Assembly: GCA_027002375.1 (NCBI GenBank)
Contig: JALWZX010000011.1
Span: forward strand, 18,317-82,316
Source of the DNA: a candidate division WWE3 bacterium
Lineage (GTDB): Bacteria > Patescibacteriota > WWE3 > 2-01-FULL-39-13
Reading direction: 5' to 3'
Length of the DNA stretch: 64,000 nt
Positions within the stretch are counted from its first letter, which is position 1, and each line of letters starts with the position of its first letter. Below the pieces are notes generated by a model. The model ran no database searches, was not told the origin of the DNA, and saw only the letters and a list, made by a program, of their open reading frames with translations. This document shows, one piece after another, positions 48,727 to 58,354 of the stretch. A program made the position numbers and the translations under genes.

Positions 48727-50034
48727 TTAAGTTCCAGCATCTTTGTTGGTTTCGTCATGAGCACCATTAGGATTTTCGTTATTCTTGTTATCGCCAGCAT
48801 TTTCTGTGTCTTCAGTATCACTGTCTTGTGCACCTTTTGCCTCTATTTTTTCGGTATATTGACTGCTTCCACTTATCCATCCTTCTTTACCGGGCTCGTA
48901 TTCTATTTTATACCACCCATTCGATTCCTCCAAAATGTCAAATGTTTCACCTACTTTTACTTGTGCAACTTCAGAATTGCTTCTGCCTGCACCTGATCTA
49001 ACTCTCAAAAAACCTAAGCTATTTGGTTTAATCTTAACTTGATCTTTCACACTAACGCCCTCTTTTTCACTATTAGTAATGTCAACTTCTTTGCCTAATA
49101 TCTGAGCAACAACTTTATTCGCATCGTCAGACAGACCTTCTTCGTGACTTGACCCCAAGTATGCAACTAATGTACCGTCTTCTAATTTAACATCTGTAGC
49201 ATTAATTTCGTTTCCCGTATCATTATATATTTTACCATTGTCATCAATAAAATAGTCAAACTTACTTACATTTGCTGTATTTCCCAATGTCTGCGAACCT
49301 CGTGTAGACAACCAATAATTAATCGCTTTAGCCCAATCTTGCTTATTAGTATAACCAGCATTGTCATAGTTGGTAAAACTGTAAAAAGAAACTCCCTCTG
49401 GTAAACCTTCGAGTTCCCCATTAACAGGTCTAATTGGTTCTAAAAATAAATCTACACTCACAGTTACCTCATAACCAGCTCTAGCTTTTAATGTCGTTTG
49501 CAAAGACTCGTATCCATCTTTTTTATACTCAACATTGTATGTTTCGTCATCTTTATGGTTCAGTAAAGATTTAGTAGAAACTTTCACGGGTGCTTTCCCA
49601 ACCTCTACACCGTCAATTACAATACTAACATCATCTAAATTAGGGGAAACAAAAGAAAGAAGTGCATCATCTCTACCTGTCTTCGTTAACCACGTATTTG
49701 ACCCAGACCTAAAAACATCGCTAATACCTAAATCTCTGATCACAACAACCATTGTATTAGCTGATGGATTAATCGTTGTCTTATATGAGTTCAGATCACC
49801 GTTCATTTCTACTTCAACATTCGTAGTCTTAACATCTGCATAGTTAACAGGCGTTTGTCCCCTATCCTCGCCATTAATCTTAACAGATGCCTTGCCATAT
49901 AATGAATCAACTTTTACAGCCACTTTGCCCATTTTCCCCTTATTAGAAAAATTAAATATTAAAGCACCAGTGGCAACAAGTATTGCGATTATAAGAATAA
50001 TGATTGTAAATTTATATAAATCAGGTTTTTTCAT
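48727..50034 (-). CDS. membrane-anchored PEGA-domain + bacterial SH3-domain protein
   Basis: N-terminal TM. PEGA-like VSIVIDGVEVGKAPVKV...YNVEYKKDGYESL. C-terminal SH3b-like FLRVRSGAGRSNSEVAQVKVGETFDILEESNGWYKIEY. Confidence 0.5.
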   Translation of the reverse strand: MKKPDLYKFTIIILIIAILVATGALIFNFSNKGKMGKVAVKVDSLYGKASVKINGEDRGQTPVNYADVKTTNVEVEMNGDLNSYKTTINPSANTMVVVIRDLGISDVFRSGSNTWLTKTGRDDALLSFVSPNLDDVSIVIDGVEVGKAPVKVSTKSLLNHKDDETYNVEYKKDGYESLQTTLKARAGYEVTVSVDLFLEPIRPVNGELEGLPEGVSFYSFTNYDNAGYTNKQDWAKAINYWLSTRGSQTLGNTANVSKFDYFIDDNGKIYNDTGNEINATDVKLEDGTLVAYLGSSHEEGLSDDANKVVAQILGKEVDITNSEKEGVSVKDQVKIKPNSLGFLRVRSGAGRSNSEVAQVKVGETFDILEESNGWYKIEYEPGKEGWISGSSQYTEKIEAKGAQDSDTEDTENAGDNKNNENPNGAHDETNKDAGT

Positions 50035-50246
50035 ATATAATTAGAAACTAACATTTTATACAATTGTATACAAGATTGTACATAAATTTTATGTGGAACT
50101 CAACGCTCGTATTGCGTCTTACGACTTTAAATATTAAAGAACATTTGTTTTCTTACGTCAAAAGACATAGCAACTAAACGTGCTCACAATGTAGACTTTT
50201 CAAATCTTCTAATATACAATAAGCTCAAGATTGGCACATTAATTAT

Positions 50247-50322
50247 GGTGAGGTAGCCAAGGTGGTCACGGCACCGGTCTGAAAAACCGGCTATGTGAGT
50301 TCGACTCTCACCCTCACCACCA
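50247..50322 (+). tRNA. tRNA-Phe (anticodon GAA)
   Basis: Manual cloverleaf. Acceptor GGTGAGG/CCTCACC. Anticodon stem CCGGT/ACCGG with loop CTGAAAA. T-arm GTGAG-TTCGACT-CTCAC. Encoded ACCA 3' end. Confidence 0.85.
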
Positions 50323-50446
50323 CATGAGATTAGCGAGCGAGAAATCATTGATATTAAATTATACTTAATCGTAATCTCATACCTGTTCCTACGCTTAAAC
50401 TTTAGGCGTAGAGTCAATAATATTCACAAGGGGGTGAACATTACAA

Positions 50447-50932
50447 ATGCCAGCACAACCAACTTTATACGCAGATCCTTATGCAAATTCTTACGCAGCT
50501 GATGCCGCAACAACTGCTGCAACAGGCGCATTCTTCGGAATATACATGCTTTTTTGGCTTGCAATCGCAGTATTAATGCTAATTGCTCAAATAAAGGTAT
50601 TTTCGAAAGCAGGAAGAAAATGGTGGGAAGCTTTAATTCCCTTTTACAACATATATGTATTATTAGAAATAGTACAAAGACCCGGATGGTGGTTAATATT
50701 ATTTTTTGTTCCATTCGTAAACTTCGTGGTAATGATAATCTTATTAAACGATCTATCAAAAGCTTTCGGTCACGGTGTCGGTTTCACCTTAGGTTTATTA
50801 TTTTTAGGCCCAATATTTTGGTTAATATTAGGTTTCAATAAAGACAAGTATGTTTTAGCTAAAGCTTCAACATCACAAAAACCGGTAGCAGAAACGGATG
50901 TTAAGCAAGAAACTGTACAAAAGGCAGAATAA
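50447..50932 (+). CDS. small multi-TM protein, DUF5684-like
   Basis: Strong SD (AAGGGGGTG) 8 nt upstream. Motifs KAGRKWWEALIPFYN, RPGWWLILFFVPFVNFVV, FGHGVGFTLGLLFL. Confidence 0.55.
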   Translation: MPAQPTLYADPYANSYAADAATTAATGAFFGIYMLFWLAIAVLMLIAQIKVFSKAGRKWWEALIPFYNIYVLLEIVQRPGWWLILFFVPFVNFVVMIILLNDLSKAFGHGVGFTLGLLFLGPIFWLILGFNKDKYVLAKASTSQKPVAETDVKQETVQKAE

Positions 50933-50961
50933 ATAATTCTACCGAAACATTTGTATGCGAC

Positions 50962-50992
50962 AGTCGCGGGCTTATGCCCGCGACTTTTTGTT
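50962..50992 (+). terminator. rho-independent terminator (AGTCGCGGGC-ttat-GCCCGCGACT + TTTTTG)
   Basis: 10-bp GC stem plus T-run 30 nt after the stop of 50447-50932. Confidence 0.75.
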
Positions 50993-51023
50993 AGAAAAGT
51001 CACAAACTAAAATTTTGTAATTT

Positions 51024-51225
51024 TTATCGCTAATTATTATATTAATCCGAACATAAAACCCGCGACTTTAGTCGCGTGGGTGAAGTTTAGTCAATCGCAT
51101 AATGTAATTATGCGACTATTTTCTAATGTAAGCCACGTACTTTAGTGTGTGGCAGTTCACTGAGCAATTCCACTCACACGCTAAAGTGCGTAATTTTAAG
51201 TTTGGGGGAATTAAAGTACTCTAGA
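51024..51225 (+). repeat. MITE-like interspersed repeat, copy 6 (composite/long form, ~200 bp)
   Basis: Starts TTTTTATCGCTAATTATTATATTAATCC..., contains the hairpin CCCGCGAC-ttta-GTCGCGTGGG, and ends ...CACACGCTAAAGTGCGTAATTTTAAGTTTGGGGGAATTAAAG. Confidence 0.55.
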
Positions 51226-51346
51226 CCCTAAACAATTAGCACACAGATAGATTTGCACAAACTCTAGTAGACCTAAAACATGTCTCACAGAATCAGTAGT
51301 TAAAATATTTAAAACAATTAAATTTTATGGTAAGTTTTCATTAATA

Positions 51347-52561
51347 ATGATAAAAAAAGAATGTCAAACTTGTCACAATCAATTCACAATCATAGATCAA
51401 GAAATTGATTTTCTAAAAAAGCTTGACTTTCCCCTACCGACTGACTGCCCTAAATGTAGAAAGGAAAAAAGAGAAAAGTTAGTAGATAAACCATTTTATG
51501 AGGAAGTCAAATGTGATAACTGCAAAAAAGAAATTTTAATTTGGCATAAAGTAGAACCAAACAAACAAATCTTTTGTAGAGAGTGCTTTAGAAAACTAAA
51601 ACACGAGGGCAAACTTGATCGACCACAACCAGGATACAAAGAAGGAATTCCATTTTTTGAACAACTTAAAGAGCTTCACAAACAAACACCAATAGTCGGA
51701 ACAGATATCTACCAAGATGATGAAGTTAACCAAAAAACATTAAGATCACATGAATGTTCATATACTACAAACACAATTGATTCATTTGATTTATCTAAAT
51801 GTGTTAACACCGTAAATTCACAACATCTAATCAATGCTAATAATTGTGTTGATTGTACAAACTCGATGGCTACTGAAAACTCAGTCGGCTTAGTTTCCTC
51901 ATACAGATGCAATAATTGCTCATATTTAAATTCTTGTTTTGTTTGCGACAATTGCCATTACTGCGATAATTGTGAAGACTGCCAAAATTGTTTCGCATGC
52001 TCTGGGTTGCGAAATAAAAAATATTATGTTTTTAACAAAAAATATTCGGAAAAAGAGTATAAAGCAAAAGTAAAAGAACTTTCACGACTTCCACATAATG
52101 AATTAATTGAAACAATAAAAAATTTTAAAAATACCTTACCCCTACCAGAATCTAGAAGACATCAAAACATAAACGATTGCAAATACACCAACGAAGTATT
52201 TAATTGTAATGGTTGTTTTTATGCATTTGAATCTAGAAACGTAAATAATAGTGGCTATTTATGGCATTCAGAAGCTATAAAGAACTCTTGGGATATTACA
52301 ACAATGGCCAGAAGAGTTAATGATTCATATAGCTGTTCAGACATGAGTTATGTAGAAAATTGTTACTTTTCATCAAGACTATTTGATTCGTCTAATTGTT
52401 ATTTCTCACATGATCTATATAAGTGTTATAACTGCTTCGGGTGTGTAGGTAATTCAAATGCAAAATACAACATATTAAATAAAGAATATTCACAAGAAGA
52501 TTATAATAAAATTGTAGCTCAAATTAGAGACGAAATCGGTTTACATTATAGTGAAGAGTAA
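51347..52561 (+). CDS. cysteine-rich protein: N-terminal double zinc ribbon + C(x2)C(x2-3)C tandem Cys repeats
   Basis: CQTCHNQF...CPKCRK...CDNCKK...CRECFRK, then runs such as CNNCSYLNSCFVCDNCHYCDNCEDCQNCFAC. The N-terminal ~85 aa are paralogous to 52581-52856. Confidence 0.5.
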   Translation: MIKKECQTCHNQFTIIDQEIDFLKKLDFPLPTDCPKCRKEKREKLVDKPFYEEVKCDNCKKEILIWHKVEPNKQIFCRECFRKLKHEGKLDRPQPGYKEGIPFFEQLKELHKQTPIVGTDIYQDDEVNQKTLRSHECSYTTNTIDSFDLSKCVNTVNSQHLINANNCVDCTNSMATENSVGLVSSYRCNNCSYLNSCFVCDNCHYCDNCEDCQNCFACSGLRNKKYYVFNKKYSEKEYKAKVKELSRLPHNELIETIKNFKNTLPLPESRRHQNINDCKYTNEVFNCNGCFYAFESRNVNNSGYLWHSEAIKNSWDITTMARRVNDSYSCSDMSYVENCYFSSRLFDSSNCYFSHDLYKCYNCFGCVGNSNAKYNILNKEYSQEDYNKIVAQIRDEIGLHYSEE

Positions 52562-52580
52562 CACTTAATTAAATAATATT

Positions 52581-52856
52581 ATGTCAGAAACAAAAATTTG
52601 TATAAAATGTTCAAGACAATTTGAGATATCAGATCTAGAAAAAGATATTCGCAAGAAAGCAAATGCCCCATTACCCGATAAATGCCACTTTTGCAGACTA
52701 AAAACACGTTATAATAAACTACCAATGTATGGTTTTAGAAAAGTAAAATGCCATTACTGTGGTGCAGAAATTGTAACATCTGTACCAGATACAGAAGGTC
52801 GCCCAATTGCTTGTAATAAGTGTTATAGAGAAAAGTTTCTTACCGAAATTAACTAG
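52581..52856 (+). CDS. small double zinc-ribbon protein (paralog of N-terminus of 51347-52561)
   Basis: CIKCSRQFEISDLEKDIRKKANAPLPDKCHFCR...CHYCGAEI...CNKCYREKF. Same C-spacing and F.I.D.E..F.KK...PLP..C..CR motif as the upstream gene. Confidence 0.5.
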   Translation: MSETKICIKCSRQFEISDLEKDIRKKANAPLPDKCHFCRLKTRYNKLPMYGFRKVKCHYCGAEIVTSVPDTEGRPIACNKCYREKFLTEIN

Positions 52857-52885
52857 AAGACACTAAGTCCATTTTTAACTTCTGT

Positions 52886-55048
52886 CTACAAAGGCGATTC
52901 AAAAGAATTCGTTTCATCTTCTTCATACAGTTTAACGTTATTTTTTATCACTTCGTCAACAACTTGATATATTTTATAATATTTTGTGTAGCTGTTACTT
53001 TTTATCTTGTGCACATAATCTATCTCCGGGTATGTAACAGTCAAGGTTTTACCCAAAAACGGCTTGCTAATCTTGCCATCAACACTAATCTTTGCCCAAA
53101 ACTTTCTAATGTCTAGATACGTAAAATCTTCTGGCAACAAATATGGTTTGAATTCCTCATATAAAATATTTGCATCACTTTGACCTAACCTGAAACTAAA
53201 GATAGAGCCGACATTTCCTAATATAGATTTCATAATATTTGGTTCAATTTGCCCTAAATACTGATGCGCAACAGTTAGTGCCAGTTTATATTTTCTTGCC
53301 TCAGAAAAAATATTCACAAAACTTTCTGTGCTAAACTTTTGAAATTCATCTACAAATAAGTTTGCCTGATGTCTTTCTTCGGTGGGCGCGTAAGTTTGTG
53401 AAAACATTTCTTGCAAAATTCTAGATATCATCATTGACCCTAAAAACGCGCTATTCCACTCACCCAACGCGCCCACCGACAAATTCACAAGTAAAATCTT
53501 TTTCTCTTTTAACACATCTCTAATGTAAAACGAACTTTTAGTCATACTAACAATTCTTCTAACTGTCGCATTAGAAAGCATTTGATTTACCTTACTAATT
53601 AGTGGCGAAACAGCTTCCCTACCATACTTATCAGAAAATGATAAGAATTCCACCGACCAAAAAGTCTTAACCACATCATCACCTATTTTCTCTATCAAAT
53701 CGTTGCGAAAAGTATTATCACTTAGTAATTTAGGAATTCTATCAATAGTTGCACCATTAGAATATTGAAGCGCCAAAACAACCTGCTTTAACAAAAACTC
53801 AAGCTTTGGGTTCCAATCAACACCAAAAAATTTCTTAAAACTTTCAACAACACCGTCAACATACAACTCTTCACTTCTGCTCACCCTTTCTAACGGATTA
53901 AAAGACAAAATAAAATCATGACTAGTAAAATCAGCATAAATCACATCGTCTTTTCTTTCTTTAGGAATTAATCTAAGCATATCTTTAGCAGTATCACCGT
54001 GTGGGTCAAGAAAAATAACACCCTCACCTTTATAAATATCATTCAACATCAAAAGTTCCATAAGTTTAGTCTTACCACTACCCGTTTTACCAACAATATA
54101 CACATGTTGATTTCTATCTTTTGGTGGAATTCCAACAAAATCAACCCCCAACCTACTAACATCATCAGCACCAACCGGTGCATCAATATCATAAAAGATA
54201 CCTCCAGGGGAAACCCCAACACCAACAATAGAAGTATCTTTACGTTTAGAAGCATCAGCAACACTTTTTGAAACAGGCAAAACTTTTTCGTTCTTTGTAA
54301 TTAACTTTCTAGACATATTTATACTCGCAGGAAAATGCAAAACAGTTGAAATTTCGTCAACAGACAGCAAATCATTCAATTTTATCTTAGAATATTCACC
54401 CGGTTCTATTTTTGAAAACTTAAAAGAATTTCCATTTTTAAGAGAAAATCTATCAAAATAAAGTTTGAAGTCAGAAACATCTAGAATATCTTTATCATTA
54501 GAAATAAGCCGAATTTCCACATCATACAAGCTACCCTCAAACTTATTTTTAGTAAGTTTAACAATCTCACGATTACCTCGTAACACAGATGCCGCACCAG
54601 TAGAAAAACTCACCTTCTCTGTAATACCCTTACTGTGCTTTTTCACCCAAACCTCAAGCGAAATAAACAAATCATTACCTTTAAAATTTTGAAAAATCTC
54701 AACCAAGTGATCAACATAATCAATATCTAAATTATCAAATGTTTTATAGGGAACTAAACCATCTTTACTCTGCACAACCCTTTTAATAAACAAGTCCCCC
54801 ACCCTTGGATACTCATTGGTAACCGACACCCCCATATCAGGAAACAAAGATTTAATTACATTACTAACACTATCTGCATTCTCATCGGGAACACCCAGAA
54901 CAAAATAAAGATAATTATCAACTCTCGTTAAACCAATTAAAAACGCACTCTTATCACAAAGTTTTGCGGTACTATTTATAAAGTCAGAAAATTTAGTTAA
55001 ATCATGAACATCTTCAGTTGAAGGTTTTAAATAATAGTATTTGTGCAT
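52886..55048 (-). CDS. FtsK/HerA/TraD-superfamily P-loop ATPase (HerA/DUF87-like), no TM anchor
   Basis: Walker A VGKTGSGKT, followed by IFLDPHGD. Walker B LFVDEFQKF. ARKYKLALTVAHQYLGQI motif typical of HerA/TraD/VirD4 ATPases. ~300-aa unknown N-terminal domain. Confidence 0.6.
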   Translation of the reverse strand: MHKYYYLKPSTEDVHDLTKFSDFINSTAKLCDKSAFLIGLTRVDNYLYFVLGVPDENADSVSNVIKSLFPDMGVSVTNEYPRVGDLFIKRVVQSKDGLVPYKTFDNLDIDYVDHLVEIFQNFKGNDLFISLEVWVKKHSKGITEKVSFSTGAASVLRGNREIVKLTKNKFEGSLYDVEIRLISNDKDILDVSDFKLYFDRFSLKNGNSFKFSKIEPGEYSKIKLNDLLSVDEISTVLHFPASINMSRKLITKNEKVLPVSKSVADASKRKDTSIVGVGVSPGGIFYDIDAPVGADDVSRLGVDFVGIPPKDRNQHVYIVGKTGSGKTKLMELLMLNDIYKGEGVIFLDPHGDTAKDMLRLIPKERKDDVIYADFTSHDFILSFNPLERVSRSEELYVDGVVESFKKFFGVDWNPKLEFLLKQVVLALQYSNGATIDRIPKLLSDNTFRNDLIEKIGDDVVKTFWSVEFLSFSDKYGREAVSPLISKVNQMLSNATVRRIVSMTKSSFYIRDVLKEKKILLVNLSVGALGEWNSAFLGSMMISRILQEMFSQTYAPTEERHQANLFVDEFQKFSTESFVNIFSEARKYKLALTVAHQYLGQIEPNIMKSILGNVGSIFSFRLGQSDANILYEEFKPYLLPEDFTYLDIRKFWAKISVDGKISKPFLGKTLTVTYPEIDYVHKIKSNSYTKYYKIYQVVDEVIKNNVKLYEEDETNSFESPL

Positions 55049-55093
55049 TTAGATAGGCAAAACAAAGGTTTAAATTTCACTTTTGTATAAAAC

Positions 55094-55657
55094 CTAGCGC
55101 ATCTTAGAAGCACCGTTCAACACTTCAGAGGGCTCTTCAGAAAGCCTAAGACTAATTATATTCGCATCACCATAATGTAATCCTCTAATGCTTGGATGTG
55201 GTCCTCCTTGATCAACAAGCGTTCTATTCTCTACCCAAGCCTTCAATGAATAAGGGGTTTCAGGATTATCTTCTTTTAAACACTCAATACCTGTAATATC
55301 TACTCTATTTTTGGCAACAGGCTGAACCAACGTAACAGTTATACGCTCCTCACGGCCAAAAGCCTTACCGACAATTTGTATCACGTCATCTTCACCATTT
55401 ACACACCTCATATCTAATTGATCAGGAGTTGCCGTAACAATATTAAATTCACCGAAATAACTATCACGGTATTGTCGGTATAATCTTCCTAATTTATCAA
55501 CTTTCGGATTCATTTTGAGACTTTTAATATCGCGGCGGCTTCGAAAAACCTCCTGCCAGATCTCAAATACAAGAGAAAGGTCACCTAAGTTCTCCTTCCA
55601 CACATCAGGAATAGACTCGTATCTGGGTGTCGTTGGGTCAGTAATTGTTGAATTCAT
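55094..55657 (-). CDS. hypothetical protein (187 aa), upstream partner of the HerA-like ATPase
   Basis: Intact ORF 46 nt upstream of, and co-oriented with, 52886-55048. Confidence 0.4.
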   Translation of the reverse strand: MNSTITDPTTPRYESIPDVWKENLGDLSLVFEIWQEVFRSRRDIKSLKMNPKVDKLGRLYRQYRDSYFGEFNIVTATPDQLDMRCVNGEDDVIQIVGKAFGREERITVTLVQPVAKNRVDITGIECLKEDNPETPYSLKAWVENRTLVDQGGPHPSIRGLHYGDANIISLRLSEEPSEVLNGASKMR

Positions 55658-55717
55658 GCCTACATTATACGCAACACACCTTGTTTGTCAACACTATAAC
55701 ACATTCAACCCCTTTTG

Positions 55718-56797
55718 CTAATTCCTAACATATCTAGCCAAACCACCCAGAAAACCAGTATCACACTGCCTTAAATTTTTCAACGAATCCGTACCATCTT
55801 TCACACCTATAGCAATCTTATTCTTACAATAATCAACAGCACCACAATCGACCAACATATTCTTAACAATTTCATGATCTTCGTCAGTAACACCTTTTTT
55901 CTTTAAAATCTCAACTAGAACTTCCCTATCTTTTGAATTCAAATGAGTTAAACCATATTGCATCAACAACGTCATCTTACCCTCCTCCAAATCATCTTTA
56001 TTTGATTTCCCCGTATCATTAGGGTTACCAAACATACCTAATAAATCGTCGCGAATTTGAAAAGCAACACCAACGCCTTTAGCGTATTCAGACAACACAT
56101 CCAAAACATCATCACCCGCGCCAGCCAAAATTGCCCCACAATGTAATGGATTTTCAAAAGAATAAACCGCAGTTTTCATATACATCATGTTTCCAATATC
56201 ATCTTCAGAAACGTTAAAGTTTTGGGAATTCAATACATCTAATCCTTCACCACCACTTGTTATAAACATTCTCTCGGTTATATTCTCAAAAAGCTTTATC
56301 TTTACAGCATCATCAACGTCTAATCCCGCCAACAAATTGTACGCAAAATCACCACCCATAAGACCTGCAACAACACCTATAGAATTAGTAAAATGTTCGA
56401 TATCCGTCACTTCTAAACCATACTTTTCAATAAAATCACCAGCTAACTTATGTGCAGTCGGTTCACCCCTTCTTAAATCAGACTTATCAAACACATCGTC
56501 AATTACAAGCCAATGAGCGTGCAACAATTCTATAATTGCACCTACCTTAAATGCCAAATTTTTATCCTTGCCACCTAACATTTCATATGAAAAATAAACC
56601 AAAACAGGCCTAATTCTTTTCCCCTTTCGTAAAGCAACAGAAGAAAACAAATCAAAAATATCTTTTACCTTATTAGAATATGGGGAATTCAACCGTTTAA
56701 CTTCCTCCATAAAATACTCTTCAAAAAATGGGTCAAATTCTGAAATAAAATTGTTTAGTTCTTTTTTAAAATCACTATCAGTAGACATATCATTCAA
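55718..56797 (-). CDS. polyprenyl diphosphate synthase (trans-isoprenyl diphosphate synthase family)
   Basis: First aspartate-rich motif LVIDDVFD. Second aspartate-rich motif FQIRDDLLGMFGNPNDTGKS. GKRIRP motif. Confidence 0.85.
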   Translation of the reverse strand: MNDMSTDSDFKKELNNFISEFDPFFEEYFMEEVKRLNSPYSNKVKDIFDLFSSVALRKGKRIRPVLVYFSYEMLGGKDKNLAFKVGAIIELLHAHWLVIDDVFDKSDLRRGEPTAHKLAGDFIEKYGLEVTDIEHFTNSIGVVAGLMGGDFAYNLLAGLDVDDAVKIKLFENITERMFITSGGEGLDVLNSQNFNVSEDDIGNMMYMKTAVYSFENPLHCGAILAGAGDDVLDVLSEYAKGVGVAFQIRDDLLGMFGNPNDTGKSNKDDLEEGKMTLLMQYGLTHLNSKDREVLVEILKKKGVTDEDHEIVKNMLVDCGAVDYCKNKIAIGVKDGTDSLKNLRQCDTGFLGGLARYVRN

Positions 56798-56896
56798 AGT
56801 TTAACAGATTAACAAATAAAGTGTATTAGAAATAAGCAAATTTTTATGCTCATCTCGCACTGAACAAAATCTACATTTAGCAATTAAGCATATTCA

Positions 56897-58006
56897 TTGT
56901 ATAATTTATGCATGGCATTAGATGCTAAAACACCATTAACAAATAGCGCATGGACACCTAATTCTCTAACACCCATACCTGAAATGCCCAATATTGATGG
57001 AGTTAATACAATTAATCCAATTAATCCGATACCAAAAACAACCTTTATTAATGATGAACAATCGCACCAGGCCGAGGTATTTGCCGAAGAACTTAAAACT
57101 TTATTGAAAAACGCGGCTTTGGTAACAGAAGATGGTTCTTTGGTAATTGGAATGACAGCAGGTGCTTTTCCTAAACCTGGTGAACTTATTGAAAAACTAC
57201 TATCTGCATTAGGTAAAAACACGTCAGGCGAGCCTACAATAACAATTCTCGGTGAAGCTGAATCCACAATATCAATCACTCCATTAAGCTTGAACAAAGA
57301 AACCATCGTTGAATTACTAGAACATCATCTGGGTTTAAATTCTAGTAGACTATTACAACTTTCGGAAGAAGAACTTATCACATTTTTAGAAATAGCATTA
57401 CAAGAAATGTCAGAAAGAGAAGAAATAATATTTGCCGTAGCCAAACAAATCATAAGTGGAAAATTAATCAATACGGATTCTATAAATTTACTTGGGCAAG
57501 AAGAAATCGAGGTTCAGGTCGGCCTAGAATGCACTGTTGAGGCTGTTATGAATTTACAAAAAGCAGCACAAAACACTAATGCCGTGAACGTAACTTCATT
57601 CTCAAAAGAGGACGTCCAATCAGTACTACCGCGAGGTGGTCACGGAAGACATTTTGGAGATTTGCCTGCATTTTTAAGAAATCACGGTTATAATATAAAT
57701 CAGGCATTCAAATGGGAAGAAGTTATAGATTCTTTGATAGATGAAACTGGCGTTCTTTACACCCAAATAAACGGAAACCATGCTGTAGTTGTATGTGGAA
57801 TAAAAATAGAAAATAACAAAGCATATTTTCTTGTAGCGAATTCCATGAACCCTGAAATACGAGCTATAGAAATAAACCATTTTCTGCAAATCATGTCAGC
57901 ACCGAGAATCGTCAATAATCCGCATGTTCCACAAAATTATAGAAGCTCTGCATTTCTAGCAACATGGACAAGAAAAGAAGTTTTAGATCAAATAAGAGTA
58001 ATGTGA
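56897..58006 (+). CDS. hypothetical protein, possible papain-fold (C39-like) cysteine peptidase
   Basis: C-terminal HAVVVCGIK...FLVANSMNP resembles the His-containing strand of C39/transglutaminase-like peptidases, with a candidate Cys in GLECTVEAVMNL. Weak. Confidence 0.35.
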   Translation: MYNLCMALDAKTPLTNSAWTPNSLTPIPEMPNIDGVNTINPINPIPKTTFINDEQSHQAEVFAEELKTLLKNAALVTEDGSLVIGMTAGAFPKPGELIEKLLSALGKNTSGEPTITILGEAESTISITPLSLNKETIVELLEHHLGLNSSRLLQLSEEELITFLEIALQEMSEREEIIFAVAKQIISGKLINTDSINLLGQEEIEVQVGLECTVEAVMNLQKAAQNTNAVNVTSFSKEDVQSVLPRGGHGRHFGDLPAFLRNHGYNINQAFKWEEVIDSLIDETGVLYTQINGNHAVVVCGIKIENNKAYFLVANSMNPEIRAIEINHFLQIMSAPRIVNNPHVPQNYRSSAFLATWTRKEVLDQIRVM

Positions 58007-58129
58007 TGCGCCATTTTTAATGCTAACAAATTATTATAATAATCAACCAACCACCGTTTGAACAAAACAAAAGCTTAATAAATAATCAATATTAGAATAT
58101 AATCAAAAATGTAACGCATACTACCCTAC

Positions 58130-58204
58130 GGCCCGATAGCCAAGTGGGAAGGCAGGAGTCTGCAAAACTCTTATTCGCGGGTTCGATTCCCGCTCGGGCC
58201 TCCA
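58130..58204 (+). tRNA. tRNA-Cys (anticodon GCA)
   Basis: Manual cloverleaf. Acceptor GGCCCGA/TCGGGCC. Anticodon stem GGAGT/ACTCT with loop CTGCAAA. T-arm GCGGG-TTCGATT-CCCGC. Encoded CCA. Confidence 0.85.
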
Positions 58205-58288
58205 AATTTTCGTCTAGAATTCATAAACTCACACATTCATTTCAAGTCCCCCTTCAAACCAGCCTGCTTTATCACTCAAACCCAAACA

Positions 58289-58317
58289 TTGACAATTATC
58301 TAACCTATTGTTAATAT
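58289..58317 (+). promoter_or_regulatory. sigma70-like promoter for groES-groEL (TTGACA-N17-TAATAT)
   Basis: Consensus -35 and near-consensus -10 about 40 nt upstream of the groES start. No CIRCE inverted repeat seen. Confidence 0.5.
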
Positions 58318-58354
58318 TTAACCGATATTTAAGTACATATAATTTCAAAATCAG

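Noticed and set aside
58205-58354. CIRCE (HrcA) operator upstream of groES
   Set aside because: No TTAGCACTC-N9-GAGTGCTAA-like inverted repeat is present. Only a sigma70-like promoter was found.
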